A stretch of 64,000 bases of DNA, taken from positions 73,160,001 to 73,224,000 of the forward strand of contig NC_043001.1 of the NCBI RefSeq assembly GCF_006345805.1. Direction: 5' to 3'. This DNA is from Octopus sinensis (taxonomy: Eukaryota). Position 1 is the stretch's first letter. Each line of letters starts with the position of its first letter. Positions 43,816 through 58,034 of this stretch are shown piece by piece. A program made the position numbers and the translations under genes. The notes below the pieces were generated by a model. That model saw nothing but the letters and a program-made list of their open reading frames with translations. It was not told the origin of the DNA and did not search any database.

Positions 43816-44611
43816 GTAGGCATGTACATTTATGTGTGTATATATGCATATATTTATAGTAATATATATATATAGGCAGTGGTATATAATTGAAGTATTC
43901 CATAAAGCTCAGTAGTTATTTAAAACAAATATAAACACTGCAGCCTGATCCCAAATTTGTTCAACTTTTCAAGGTTCACTTTCAAATATTCACTAGTGTT
44001 CACTTTATTTTTTTTTTTGCTACATTTACCCTGCATCAGTGCATGTGTACATATATTGGTCTGTCATCAGTGTGACTGTGTATGTATGTGTGTGTGTTAT
44101 AGGATAACTAAGGGTCATCTCACTGTTTTATTGTGATCACACTATGGTGGTCCTCCATCTTGTGCTCCACCGTGACAGATCCTGTCTCAATCCATAAAGA
44201 GTTTTTCCTTGCCAACAATCAACATAACTTCATCATCATCATCAACAACAACAAAACAGAACTATTGTAAATTGTCAGTTCTTTAGATAACAACAAAACT
44301 TATGAACTGACTTTTTGTGTAAAAATCAGAAACATACATACACATGTATAAAACTTGGGTTTAACTGACATAATGAGTGAGTAAGGGAGGAGAGAGAAGA
44401 TAATTTGTCTTATCAAATATTTTTGTCTTTTGAAGGTCAAAGGTGAAGGAGAAATAAAAATGATGTATTACATAGTCAAAGTGTAGTCATTTAAATCCCC
44501 ACATTAGTATATGACTGGTACATAGTTTATATATATATAATGTATATTTAAAAAAAACACTCATACACATACAGAACCACATGCATTACACACACTCATA
44601 TACATACTCTT

Positions 44612-44725
<114 letters not shown>

Positions 44726-44807
44726 TTCACACACACACAAATATATTTTATTGCCAGTTGCCGATCCGCCACATTTTCCAACAAAATCTCTTAAGATCAA
44801 ACAGCTG

Positions 44808-44844
<37 letters not shown>

Positions 44845-45329
44845 AAATAATGATAATAATAATCTAGGTCTGGAATGGGTTTGTTTCAGAGGTAAATCTA
44901 ATTGGAGTAACATAAAATGAAATAAATGAATCTGGGTTAAACCACTGAGAAAATAATGTAAATAAGGAGAATATAATTTTTCTACTTGTATTTATTTTAT
45001 ATCATAAACTCTAGAACCATATTTGACCCACAGATCTGTTATCTCCTCTACCTATCTATTCTACCACAACTACATTGACTTCTGTTCCTCTATACTGCTT
45101 TACTGCATCCCTATCCTGCTCCACCAAACACATTTGTCTTTACTCCAACTCCTCCTCCCCTCATTACATTTCCTCTCTTCATTTCTTACCACTTTCTCCC
45201 ATTCTTTCTTATACAGAATATTGGTCCTCTGGAATCCTCCTCATTTTTTTCCCCAGTCGGCACTGACTGTAAGTGGGTAAGGGTTCCTGCAAAGGCCAGG
45301 GTCACAATCTTCCACTCCTTTCCTCTTCT

Positions 45330-45719
45330 TTAACCTTTTTAATTCCAACCCACTTAAAAGCATGTTCCTGGTTTGATGATATAAAATTCCCCATTTTAAA
45401 CTGATCTAAATTCAAACCTTCCATCAAAATTTCATGTTAATTTATATTCAAAACACCAGCATTATAAGGACAAAGTTATTTTACTAAATTCTTCATTACT
45501 TTCAAAATTAATTGAAAAAAAGCAGTAATATTTTAATAGAATATGGTAACAAAAGGGATTAAGTAATCTAGATTAAAATCTACTGGCAAAATTTCATTTT
45601 AATTTGTGTTCCAGTTTGATATGGACAAAATTAGTCAGTGAAATTTTTCGTTCTTTTCAAAATTAACTGAGAAAAAAGCAGCATATTTTAATAGAAATAT
45701 AGTAACAAAAGTGGTTAAA
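45330..45719. mobile_element. TTAA-flanked MITE family P2 with tandemly duplicated 3' half (inverted partial copy ~25399-25555)
   Basis: ttaacctttt start; gtaacaaagggattaa (~45560) and gtaacaaaagtggttaa (~45718) end two similar ~155-bp blocks. Confidence 0.6.
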
Positions 45720-46304
45720 CCATAAAAATAAAAGTTGTTTTTAATATGTTGTCATCCCTTAGAAGTATCTTCTTCGAAAGAATGAAATGTTTTGTTGAGA
45801 CCAGAATATAAGAGGAGAGTTGGGGGACTACCCAGAAAGTTTTGTTGCATGAAAAACAAACAGTGAAGTTAGCTCTTAATGTAATGAGCTAAAAACTTCA
45901 ATTAAAATTACACCTAGAGTTAAATTACTCATTAAGATAATGGCTTAATAAAGCCATTAGCTTAATGAGTGATTCTAGTCAAGAAAGGCAAGGGAGACTA
46001 TTGCAGCATTAAAACTAGTTAAAATTAATATAGAATTCTGTGTTGGGGTAACAGTGACTGCAAATATATTGCTTGGATTCTCAGATGAAATTTTTTTTTT
46101 CTTTTTTACCTTAGAAAAGGTCACTTGTACTCATGAAGAAGGCATGATGATCACAGCTGTGCATTTTATGTACCCAGTGTAATCTATGGACGCACAAAAG
46201 GTGAAGTGGGATCACAAGCAGGCTAATATAGAAGATAACCTCTCTTTTCTTTAGCTTTATTGGGAATGTGTCATAAAGCTATTAAGTATTTTTCCGAATT
46301 GACC

Positions 46305-47720
46305 GTTGCAGTGACGGATTGGCAGAACTGTTGGAGCACTGAACAAAATGCTTGGTAGCATTTCTTCCAGCTCTTTACATTCTGAGTTCAAATCCTGCCA
46401 TGGTCAACTTTATTTTTCATCCTTCTGAGATTGATAAAGAACCAATCAAGTACTGTGGCTGATGGTATCAACTAACACCCTTCCCCTCAAAATTGATGGC
46501 CCAGTGCCTAAATCAGAGCCCATCATTATTATTATTATTATTATTTTATTATTATTATAATAGCAGGGAGCTGGCAGAGTCATTAGTATGCTGGGCAAAA
46601 TACTTAGCAGCATTTTGTCCGTCTACACATTCTGAGTTCAAATTCTACAATGTTCAACTTTGCCTTTCATCGTTTAGGGGTTGATATGAATAAGTAAGGT
46701 GGCGAGCTGGCAGAAACGTTAGCATGCCGGGTAAAATGCTAAGCGGTATTTCGTCTGTCTTTACATTCTGAGTTCGAATTCCACCGAGGTCGACTTTGCC
46801 TTTCATCCTTTCGGGGTCGATTAAATAAGTACCAAAAATGCACTGGGGTCGATGTAATAGACTTAATCCTTTTGTCTGTCCTTGTTTGGCCCCTCTATGT
46901 TTAGCCCTTTGTGAGCAACAAAGAAATAAGGATAAGTAACTGTTGAGCACTGAGGTCAATGTAACCGACTTAGCCCCTTCCCTGTTACTGCTGGCCTTGT
47001 ATCTAAATTAGAAACTACTATTGTAATATTTTTATTATTATTATTATCATAGTTATTATATATAAAGGCAGTGAGCTGGCAGAAGTGTTAGCATGCTGGA
47101 TGAAATGCTTAGCTATATTTCACTCATCACTACCTTCTGAGTTCAAATCGCACTGAGGTCGACTTTGCCTTTCTTCCTTTTGGGGTCAATGTAATCAACT
47201 ACTCCCCACCCTTCAAATTTCAGGCCTTGTGCTTATAGTAAAAACGACAAAATACTTTATAGTGTTGGACACAAAATACTTTTTCAGTATTTATTCCAGA
47301 TCTTTCTGTTCTGAGTTCAAATCCTGCCAGGATCAATAAGCTAAAGTACTAGTCACATACTAGATCAATATAATCAACATTCTCCCTACCATAAAATTTC
47401 TGGCCTTGGACTTAGATTAGAAGCAATTATTATTTTTGCTGTTGTTATTGCGATTGTTTACTTTGAAGAACAGTGGATTAGCAGAACAAATGGAGCACTG
47501 AAAACCATGTCTTGTGTTGTTTACTTCCATCTCTCTACATTCAGATCTCAAATTCCAGCAATGTCATATTTACCTTTTAAATTTTAAAGGTCAATAAAAT
47601 AATGTACCTGTCAGATATTGGGATCAATATGTTATTATATCACCCACCCCACTCACACACATATACATGCAGACATTGTGGCCTTGTGTCTCTTTTAGAA
47701 TTATTATTATTATTATTATT
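46305..47720 (+). mobile_element. Head-to-tail cluster of ~6 SINE family B copies (Nin-domain-like core)
   Basis: Repeated gagctggcagaa..ttagca..ttctgagttcaaat..actttgcctttcatcctttcggggtcga..aagtacc units separated by (ATT)n. Confidence 0.82.
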
Positions 47721-48049
47721 TTAGGCTGTGACTGTACAATTTCTCAATAATTACATTGTCGTTTAATTTGGTAAATTGCTGTTGTGTTCAAATGCTGCCG
47801 ATGTTAAATACACCATATATCCCTTACATCTGGGCCAATATAGTAGGTACCAGTAAGATACTGGGTTCAAATCCATGGATTGTATTTTTTTTTCTCTATG
47901 AAAATTTGTTTTATTCTTGTGTAAGAAATATTTGCCATTATCTTCACGATTCAACACTGAAAGAATCAGGGTATTTTCGTAAGTTAAATCAATAAATGAT
48001 AAGTTATGCCAATATAAAATCTGTGGTTGTGAATTGATAAATTTATTGT

Positions 48050-49080
48050 ATGCTTTGTTGACTAAACTGTCAAAATATGTTCACTGTTAATGAAACCATC
48101 AACTGTCAATGTGTTCATTGTTAACTAAAGTATACAATACACCATGTTTACTGTTGACTAAACTTAATATGTCATGTTCACCATTAACTAAACTGTCAAT
48201 ATATCATGTTCATAGTTAAACTGTCAATATATTGTGTTCATTGTTGACTAAAGTGTCAATATACCATGCTAACTGTTGACTAAGCTTTCAATATACTATG
48301 TTCATTAGCTAAACTGTTACTCTATGAAATGTTTAAATAAATTTTCAATATATTCTTTTACATTGACAAAACTGTGAACATATGTTTTCTGTATGCTAAA
48401 TGTCATTAAATATGTTAATTAACTAAACTGTCAATATCTGCTCATTGCCAATATATCGTCTTCATTGTTGACTAAATGTTAGTATATGAAATGTTTAAGT
48501 AAATTCTCAATATATGTTATATTGATATCAACTACACTGTCAACATATTGTGAGTTGTATGAATTACGCTGTCAGCTTATCTTGTATTATATTGACTATA
48601 CTGTCAACACATTGTGTGTTATATTGACTATGCTGTCAACATGTGTTATATTGTCTAAACCTATTGTATGTTATATTGACTAAATTGTAAATATCTTATA
48701 TTGACTATACTGTCAACATATGGTATGTTATTGACTCTGCTGTCAACCTGTGTTATATTGTCTAAACTGTCAACATATGGTGGACTGTATTGACTAAACT
48801 GTCAACATATGTGTTATATTGATGATGGTGTCAACATATTGTATGTTATATTGACTAAACTGTAAACTTGTCTTATGTTGACTAAACTATCAACATATAG
48901 TGTTTCATTGACTATATTGTCAACACATTTTATATTGACTAAATTGAATATTTTTAAATGAATTGTTAATATATCATGTTTTGTATGTGTAACTTGTGCT
49001 TTGTTGACTGAACTGTTTGGTTTTTATGGGGGTTGGGGTAGATCAAACTAATATATAGTTTAACTGACTAAATTGTTTAT
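48050..49080. repeat. Degenerate ~30-bp minisatellite with palindromic core TTGAC-N6-GTCAA
   Basis: More than 20 variants of tattgactaaactgtcaacat. Confidence 0.88.
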
Positions 49081-49684
49081 ATATATTTTTTACATTATAT
49101 ATTAATGTAAGATCTTGTATATTTTTGTTGTCAATCTTCCTTCAGATTCTCAAACTTCATGTTTACATTAAAGTGAAAAAATGATAACAATAATAATAAT
49201 TATAATGATATATATCATAGTTTATCAAACAGGAGGTGGTATGTATTAAGAATTTGATAAGACATAAGAATAAAGAGTCATGCAAACACACACACACATG
49301 TGTGTGTGTATGTGTTATCTTTCATGTTTATGTAACATCACTTAAAGATTTCCATCTTCAGGTAGTGCATTGAAAAAAAGTTGGCCCACCTTTATGGGAA
49401 GATTCAAACTAGGCTTTACAAAATAATAAAACTGCAATAATACGGAATCCATGCGATGAATTATACTTCACTATAGTAACTATTTTATAGTTAAGTGCAC
49501 TGGACCATTGAGAATCATTCTCTTTTCAGAAACACACAACAGAGCTGGTGATAAAATAGAAACTATTACCTCCTTACCAAGTTGACCAATATTGTATTAG
49601 ACAACTGTGATACTTTATATACAAACATACGCATACCAACTTTGGATACAAACATAAAACTAGACCAACTGATAATATTCCATT

Positions 49685-49830
49685 ATGTTAAACCAGATAT
49701 TTCTGTTGAAATGTATCCCTGTTTTGTTGGAGTATAACTGTCTTTTGCTAAAATATACCTATATTCTGTTGAATTGCATTTCTGTTAAGTTGAAATACAC
49801 CCTTGTTTTGTTTTTTAAAAAAAATACCAT
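49685..49830. repeat. Degenerate ~20-bp tandem repeat (ttttgttgaaatatacc-like)
   Basis: Periodic gttgaa/gctaaa cores; periodic LLK/LLE/LLN in ORF 49685. Confidence 0.55.
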
Positions 49831-51187
49831 TTTTTTGTTGCAATTTGTTCGTAGCTTATTCAAATCTGTTCCTAATCTATTGAAACATGTCTAATCTATT
49901 CATGTCTCAAAAGAGGAAGTGTTAGTAATTTTGGCAAAGAAAGAACATTTGAATTACATTAAAGGACCACTTCCTCACATTTTAGTGATGCTAATATTTT
50001 AAGAAGTATATATTTTATTGTTCATTTCCTAACTACTCTTAATTACTGCTCTGCATACAACCCCCATATATTTTGTCAAACCAGTTGTGACAATGTGCTT
50101 ATATTTTGTGGAGAATTTTAATTTCTAAACAATGATTTATAGGACAGTTTACACTCCACATTCCATATAATGATTGTGTAGCCTTGGTCAACCCTACTCA
50201 AGCAGGTGGTCCATATTTGGTGGAACTATTTTCACTTGTGGTCTAACTTCTGTAGGATATAATTGATCAGTGAACTCCATTTTGGGTAACGTTTTTGTTT
50301 TATTAATGGTCAAAATTAAATGGAACAGAGTTTACTACAAATTAACTGTATATCAATTTTTCTTATTGTTGATCCACATGGTTTATTTTCATTTCATGCT
50401 TTATGTGACGATGTTAATAAGTGATCTCTGTTATGTCATATGACTTTCAACAAACTAAATTATTCCTGCTTTTAATTAGTGAAAACAATTAATTTTTTTA
50501 GAGTGTGGGAAGTTGTTTATTCAAGTGTTTATTTAATAACAATATCCTCTCTTTTGCATTTGGTTAACAGTTTTTTGTTTTGTTTTGTTTTTTGGAGTTT
50601 TTTTCTAACATAAAAATGAAACAAATTGAATCTAATGTTTATCATTCTCTCTTGCCAAAATGTTTTTTTCAGTCTGGGTCGAAGTTGATCTTGTAGAGAG
50701 ACCACCATCAAAATTTTTACAAAAAGATGTGGTTTTTGAGCCACCAACAAAACCCTTGAATATTTTTTGTGACCAATAATTTTAACTTCTAAATGTAAAC
50801 TAAAAGTGTCAGCAACAGTGAGTTCCTCATCTCACTGGCTGCCAACAAAACAGAGCTTACCAAGGCTTATAGTTTTATAAATGGTTTTCTTGCTGTTTCT
50901 AATACATCTCTTGTGGTAACTAGCCACTCCATTCTCATAGAAATTGCTCTTCTGGAAAGGTTGCCACTCATGTACATGCTCAATACATGCTCATAGCATA
51001 TGTATATATATATATATATATATATAAACAGTATTTGTAATGACATGCTTTTAGTATGTATATATAAATAATTCCCCTAACATGCTCATACTATGTATGT
51101 GTGTGCATATCTGTATATATATAAACATATAAATATTAATATATATATGTATATATAAACATAAATGGTAATATAAATATATAAATC

Positions 51188-51222
<35 letters not shown>

Positions 51223-51685
51223 GATACCATACGTTGTCTTAGTCTCAGACATGTTTTTTTGTTTTTCTCAGTTGTAAAATATGCAACTGAACCAACCATT
51301 ATTTCCTGATGATTTACCGATATTGTTTTTAAAAAATGGAAGCTGTTTGATATGAATATATAATAGTTGAACACACAGTTAGTGTGTGATTTAGTATTAA
51401 TGCAAACACACCTCTGCAAAGTTACCTATTTTGAAGACTTTCTACAATAACCCTTGATACATGCTTTTAGTAGTATGTATATGTGTGTATATATTTATAT
51501 ATATATACATAGTATTTATACTGACTTCCTGGTCGTGTTTATAGAAATGCTTTTAACCTTCTATATATAAATGTTTGTTATTATTGAAATAACAAACTGT
51601 AGTTATGATACTGGCAATTAGTTTGATGTGAATAAATTTTAAGCAGCGCAGTTGACACTGACTATTTTAGTGGCACCTCAGAGCT

Positions 51686-51856
51686 GTATATATATATATA
51701 CATACACACACACATATATATATATACACATACATATATATATATATATATACACATACATATATATATATATATATACACACATACATATATATATATA
51801 CACACATACATATATATATATATATAATATATATATATATATATACACACACACAT
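51686..51856. repeat. Compound (TA)n/(CA)n microsatellite
   Basis: Direct reading. Confidence 0.95.
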
Positions 51857-53565
51857 AAGTAAGTAGCTAGAAGCTACATTAATAGCACATCACAGGTATG
51901 TATATATATATATATATATATACACACACATATAAGTAGCTAATAGCTGTATTAGTTTCACACCTTGAATATCATAGTAACACATCATAGCTGTGTGTGT
52001 GTGTGTGTGTGTATGTATGTGTGTGTATATATGTATATAAAAATAGTTGGTAGCTACATTAGGTTTGACACTGTGAATGATGTAGTAACACCCTTCTTAG
52101 CTGTATATATTAAGTAGCTAGTTTAGATGACTGTCAAAATATAGCATCACCTTGTTGTATATAAGTAACTATTGCCAGATTATTTGACATCGTGAATAAT
52201 CCAGCGACATTATATAGATTATGTGTGTATATAAGCTAATATAGATCATGTATGTATGTATCAGTATATATATATATATACATTATATATATATTATCAT
52301 TAAATGATGATGATATATATACATACATATATATGTATGTATGAGATATATATATATATGAAGTTAATAGTGAAGCTATAATGAAACTGCTTATTGTATA
52401 GCAGCTTCTTTCATTAAAATTTCTATTCTTAGCTTTAGATATTCATCTCATTAGTTGATCTGATCCCAAAATTTGTATGGAGATCTAGGGATCCTCTACT
52501 CTTTAGCTGATTGAAAAAAAATCTTTTTCTTGAAAAAACAACAAACTTGTAAACATTTTTCAAAGTTCTAATATTTAGTGTAAAGACAGCTGATTATTAT
52601 TGTGGTCAATCCAGCAAAATGGTTCTATTAGAATCTCTTATATATATAAAAAAAAAAGAAAAACTGTATAATTGATTCTCTCAAGTAGATCCAGTCCTTC
52701 ACAACCCAACATCATTACCCCTCTTTCATATAAATCCCTAACTGTCTGAACTACATTTTTTTCTATCTCAAATCACAAATCAAAGCTGTATTTCCATATG
52801 AATCCATTCTGTTAGAATCCAAGAATGTGTGTTCATTACGGATCCTGTTTTTTTTTAATATTTTCTTGAGAGAGAGTTCAATTTGATGAACTCTAAAACT
52901 GCTGCTCTACATAGTTTGTCGTAGTTTAGTTGTTAGTCATAGTTACATAGTCACACGGCAATAGATTAAAATTCAGCCATCTGAAATGCTTGACCTCAGG
53001 TCATTCTTCTCCAGATTTTAGTGAATATATATACACACAAAACAACTGAAAGCTCTAAATATCTTCATTTCCTTGCCTTCTGTCCTCTTTTACAAACATC
53101 GAATATCTTCTCTACATTGCAGTTCTACTCTTTTTCGTTTTTTTAAGTTTTAGTTTTCAGTTATCTTTCTGATAAATTTTTTTTTAATTCAAAATTTAGG
53201 CTTTCATAATTAAGCGCCTTGTGTACTTTATCACAGACTGTGGGTCTGTGGGTGCTGGTGTGTACACACATTGTGTACTGAGGTGCTGGCTGTACACACA
53301 ATGCAGTAATATAGAACAGGTTATGGAGGTGCTGGTACATGCACACAAACATACACTGTAGTAATATATAGAACAGATTTTAGAGGTGGTAGTACAGATA
53401 CACAAACATAAGGAGTAATTTAGCTCAAACTGAAACTGACTCAGTATGTAACAACTTGTCCAACCCATTCCAGCATGGAAAAGAGAAAAATATGATGATG
53501 ATATAGATGTACTGATGCATGCATGTGCACAGATACACACACACACACACACACACACAAGATAT

Positions 53566-53789
53566 TTAACCCTTTAGTATTGAAACCAGTTATGTCTGGC
53601 CTAAATATTCTGCCTGTTTTATGTTCAAACTGATTAGATCAGACGTCTCACACCTACCTACAATGTTATTCTAAAAATAAACTTTTACATTGAAATCTCA
53701 AAGCTACAAGATAATGTATGATAAATTCAAAATAACTTGAGTAAATCAGTATTACATTTGACAGAGTAATCTGAATGCTAAAGGGTTAG
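53566..53789. mobile_element. piggyBac-type MITE family P1
   Basis: ttaaccctttagtatt ... aatgctaaagggttag; TIR CCCTTTAGCATT. Confidence 0.8.
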
Positions 53790-54239
53790 TTTTAACAAAT
53801 CTTAGTCTTCCATAGGTTAAAACTATGAAAACAAGACAAACAAAACAGTAAGCAATATCTTGACCAATGTCCAGCTTCCTCTTTGGCTGCAGTTACTTGC
53901 TACTCCTGTCTCTGAGTTGAGATGGTTATTGACAGTAGTCTGTTCAAAGATATAACTGCCACCCACTCCTTCCTATTATGTCACAAAACTGGATTTTTCT
54001 CTTTGATAGAAAAGTAAAACATAGTGTTACTTTGTGAACACCACTCTCTCGTCTTCTGGTCGGTGACTCTGGAACATGCAAGACCCCTCGCCACAACAAG
54101 GCCACACCCAGGAGATTGGCTCTACATATGATGACATCTTTGGGATCTCTAACCTGGATGACCCCAGCCCCATCAAGCAAAAGCATGAAACAAGCCCTCC
54201 CCCAGTAAGATATAGAATTGTATTGCCTCTCTCCCCCTC

Positions 54240-54610
54240 CCAATAAAATGTAGATCTATATTCTCCTACATCTTGTAAAATGTTGGGTTATATTCATTCC
54301 CAATAAAACAGAATTATCTGATCTTCTCTTCAGTAAAATATGGACCTATGTATTCCCTGTCCCTAGTAAAATGTAGGGATATGTATTGCTCATTCCCTGA
54401 GTAAAATTTAAGCTTATAACCACCACCCCACGAGTTATATTTTACCTCACCCCTTCTAAAATATAGGGCTATTATATATTCCCTTCCCTCCAGTTAAATG
54501 TACAGCAATATATTCTCTCTCCCTCTCCTTCCCCCAGTTAAACATACGGTTATATACTCACCACTGCAGTAAAATATACATCTATGATATAATCCTCCTC
54601 TCTTCCTCCC
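54240..54610. repeat. Degenerate ~35-50-bp minisatellite (cagtaaaatgtaga..tatattctc)
   Basis: About 9 recurring taaaat[g/a]ta cores followed by tatatt and C-rich ends. Confidence 0.6.
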
Positions 54611-55759
54611 TCCAACAATATCTAAATTGTCCATATTGACTTACTGGATTTCTCTGCAATATCCTTGGTATTAGGATTGTTTGCTACAATACATCTTCAT
54701 ATCATATCTTGGTTTAGCTAACGTGTATGTGTGTGTGTCATCATCATTTGATGTCTGTCTTAGATGCTGGTAAAGGATAAATGGTTTTGTTGACAGGATC
54801 CAACAAGCTGGAGGATTGTGTCAAGCTACAAAATCTGCATTGGCATGGTTTCTATGGCTGAATGCCTTTTCTGTCCCAACCACTTTACAGAGTGTATTGG
54901 GAACTTTTTACATGACACCAACACTAGTGGGGTTGCCAGGTAACTCATATCACTAAGTAAAAAGATCTCCTTCACTAATTGGGATTGTAGTGGAGAGGGA
55001 GGTTTCTTCACATATGTATACAGATAGAGTAGCCACATCCAATCCATGCAAATCATTTTAAAAAATGGACATAAAGCAATGAGGGTAGATAAATACACAT
55101 AAGTGTCTACCCAAATTTTAGAAAAGGTTTCCTCACTGACCAGAACTACTTTATTATAAACCTTAGCTCTACAAAACATCTGAGATTTAATCAAGAAACT
55201 GTAACCTGTCTATAAAATTCTAAACTTCTCTGAGGTGCAGATTATATTGTCTGTTCTAGGATTCCATAAGGTGAGAGAGAGAGATTTGGAAGATTAAGAA
55301 CCAGATGATTGTTGAGTATTAATCAAAGAATAAGAGGACAGTTTAGTATAAAACAGCAGTGGAACATCTCTTTGATCTCAGCGCCTGAGCCAATATTCAA
55401 ATGAACATACACGCACACATACAGATACGCATACAGAGATACATATACTTTGATTAACACAACATGCTAAGATACTTTGTTGTTCTGTTTCTTTTCATGA
55501 AGAATTTACCAATTTATATGAAAATATTTTTGTATGGGAATATTTTTTTGTTTGAATCCAGGTGAAATATTTGAAATATTGGATGAAGATGTGTGCCAAG
55601 GGCTAGCTTTGCATTAAAAAACCTTATTTCTACTTTTGATACAGCCTTAGATGAAATTCATTATTCAGAAAATAAAAATCCTGTACATTCTCTATCAAGT
55701 TTTCAAAATTTTTTATTTAATTCTTTTTTTTTTTTTATGAAAAAATCAGTGAAAACATT

Positions 55760-55986
55760 TTAACCCTTTAGCATTCAAATCAGCAATATTCAGCCAAAAT
55801 ATTTAACCTGTTTTTATGTTGAAAGTAACCAGATCTGGTCTCTCACTTCAAACTTACAGTGCCATTCTAAAACTAAACAATCACATCATTGAAATCTCTA
55901 AACAAGATAATGCATGATTAATTCAAAACAATATAAATAAACAAACATCACATTTGACAGAATAATCTGAATACTTAAAGGGTTAA
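55760..55986. mobile_element. piggyBac-type MITE family P1
   Basis: ttaaccctttagcattc ... gaatacttaaagggttaa; TTAA on both sides. Confidence 0.82.
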
Positions 55987-56840
55987 AAATAAGAAAAATT
56001 ACACTGTTTTTTCTTGGGTTTTTTTTCGTTTTCTTTTTGTACTTGTTAATGTCATGAAGTTGTTCATTCTAAATTCTAGGAGGATCAAATCAAACTATAT
56101 TTTTGCCACTACATCTAAATCTTTGCTTTGGTTAATTTCTCTCTCCATATCGATAATATCAATCATTGATATAAAATCACCAATAAAGGTGGTGAACTGG
56201 CGAAATTGTTTGCACACCAAGTAAATTGCTTAGCATCATTTCGTGCATATCTGTGTTCTGAACTCAAATTCTACCGTGGTCAACTTTTCCTTTCATCTTT
56301 TTGTGGTCGATAAAATAAGTAGCAGTTGAGCACCAAAATTCGAAACCAAATTATTGGTGATTTTAACTCGCCAATAATTTAGTACAGCTAGGTAACCGCT
56401 CACTGAAACAACTGATTTATTACTACAAACAAAAAAATGGCAAGTAAAGAATTTTTGTTTTTCCAGAAATCATCTACTTTGTATGTGTGTGATCACGAGT
56501 GACTAATTACCTGTTTACTCTTCTGTGACAAATAACAAAAGATTCTTCACGTATTGAATTGCACTCGGTTTACAAAAGACATTTTCACTTCTGAAGAAGA
56601 TAAAGCAAAAATGCCCTAATTTTACATTTTCACAAAAGGTGGATAATTATGAAAATGGTGAAGGTGAGTGGAAGCGCTTGAAGCATGCATTTGTAGATGA
56701 AATTCTACTTGAAAGATTTTAGCAGAAAGGATGGAATGTCCTTTATTGACCTCATAAATAATGATAAAACTCAAACTCTAGGGAGACTGGAGAGTTTTGT
56801 GTCAACAATAACGGTTTCTAAAAAAGCCCAGTTTGTAAAT

Positions 56841-58034
56841 CAGTGGTTCCCAAATGGGATCCATGTAAGACTTTTGGGGGTGCACGAGCAAAATACTAAA
56901 TTGGGGATTTACAGTAGTTCATTAATCCCTTAATGGATTATCCCAAATTTACTCGTGCATCGCAAATGTATCTTTGTAGAACTAGACAAGTATACTTGGT
57001 CAAAATTAACTTTTAGCACTCAAATGAGTTTGTTTTGTGTCGTTTCATTTTTGAGCAATCACGAATTTACTTGCGTTGTCGTACATCTGTCAACACATAT
57101 TCTGGTGCCATTTCAAGGAATTTATGCTTCTGAGTTTTGAACTTTTACTTCAGTGCATACTCAGATTCAGGAGGAGGTTGATGTCATTTTAGAACCGTCT
57201 CCTTTTGAGTCTCTATTATTTATACAAATAAGAGAATTATTTACGCATTTTTTTTCTCAAAATGGATGAAGATTTAGATATATTCAGCGATCACAAAAGT
57301 GATTTTTTTCATTTCACGATCTGGAAAGCTCTGGGGATGAATTAGACATGTGTAGTTCAGACTCTGACAATTTTTCAGAAGATGACAAAGAAGATAATCA
57401 GATAGATGCACGTGCATGGCACGAAATCAATTGCTTGTCCGATTCAAAGAGAAAGCAGATACATGTGTGATGTCTGCGAGATAACTTTGTGTGTAACGCC
57501 TTGTTTTAAAAATTACCATTCTATATAAACTGTCTATCTTATTTATTTTTTAATTTTCCTTTGATTTAAAAATCTTTAAAAATTCGAAAATAGTTAAGTT
57601 ATATGTATTTTTTCAATGTCCGAGATAACTCCTTTAAATCCAAATGAATAAAAGTACATTTTAATTTCTATAATAAAAAATAAAGGAAGCAAGATAAAAA
57701 AAAAAAAACACCTTTTTTTGTAATTAGCACAGTGTATATGATTAAAAAATATTAAAAAATATGCTCTGAAATGAAACGCCATGTCAAAATAATTGATCCA
57801 TTAAGGGTCCATGAAAAACTTTTGCTTTACATGTATTTATTGCAACAGCTAGGTTTCTTTCTCAAAATTTTATATAGTTCAACCAATACAAATTAATGTA
57901 TGAAAAACAAAATACGAATTTTAGAAGAAGCATCTATAACACCAGTTTTAAAACGTCGAATGGCTATGTGAGGTCCACCAGAATAGAATAGTAATCAAAG
58001 GGTTCCATAGGCAAAAAATAGTTGAGAATCGATG
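56841..58034. mobile_element. Non-autonomous hAT (Charlie-like) element hosting a piggyBac insertion
   Basis: Ends cagtggttcccaa / gttgagaatcgatg; 8-bp flanks ttgtaaat / gtgtaaac (6/8 match, central TA). Confidence 0.65.
56926..57807 (+). mobile_element. Internally deleted piggyBac with transposase pseudogene fragments
   Basis: TTAA, then TIR CCCTTAATGGAT ... ATCCATTAAGGG. Acidic N-terminus from ATG 57262 (frameshifted); C-terminal RESRYMCDVCEITLCVTPCFKNYHSI* at 57448-57528 matches the piggyBac Cys-rich zinc ribbon. Confidence 0.8.

Noticed and set aside
48050-49080. CRISPR array
   Set aside because: Repeats are degenerate and spacers only ~10 nt and similar; this is a minisatellite
50673-50779. 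Alternative terminal exon (ttttttcag|TC TGG...WVEVDLVERPP...CDQ*)
   Set aside because: Good acceptor, but a short frame with no recognisable homology; expected by chance in T-rich DNA
56697-56933. 78-aa ORF as a gene or exon
   Set aside because: Runs into the hAT element end and shows no recognisable homology
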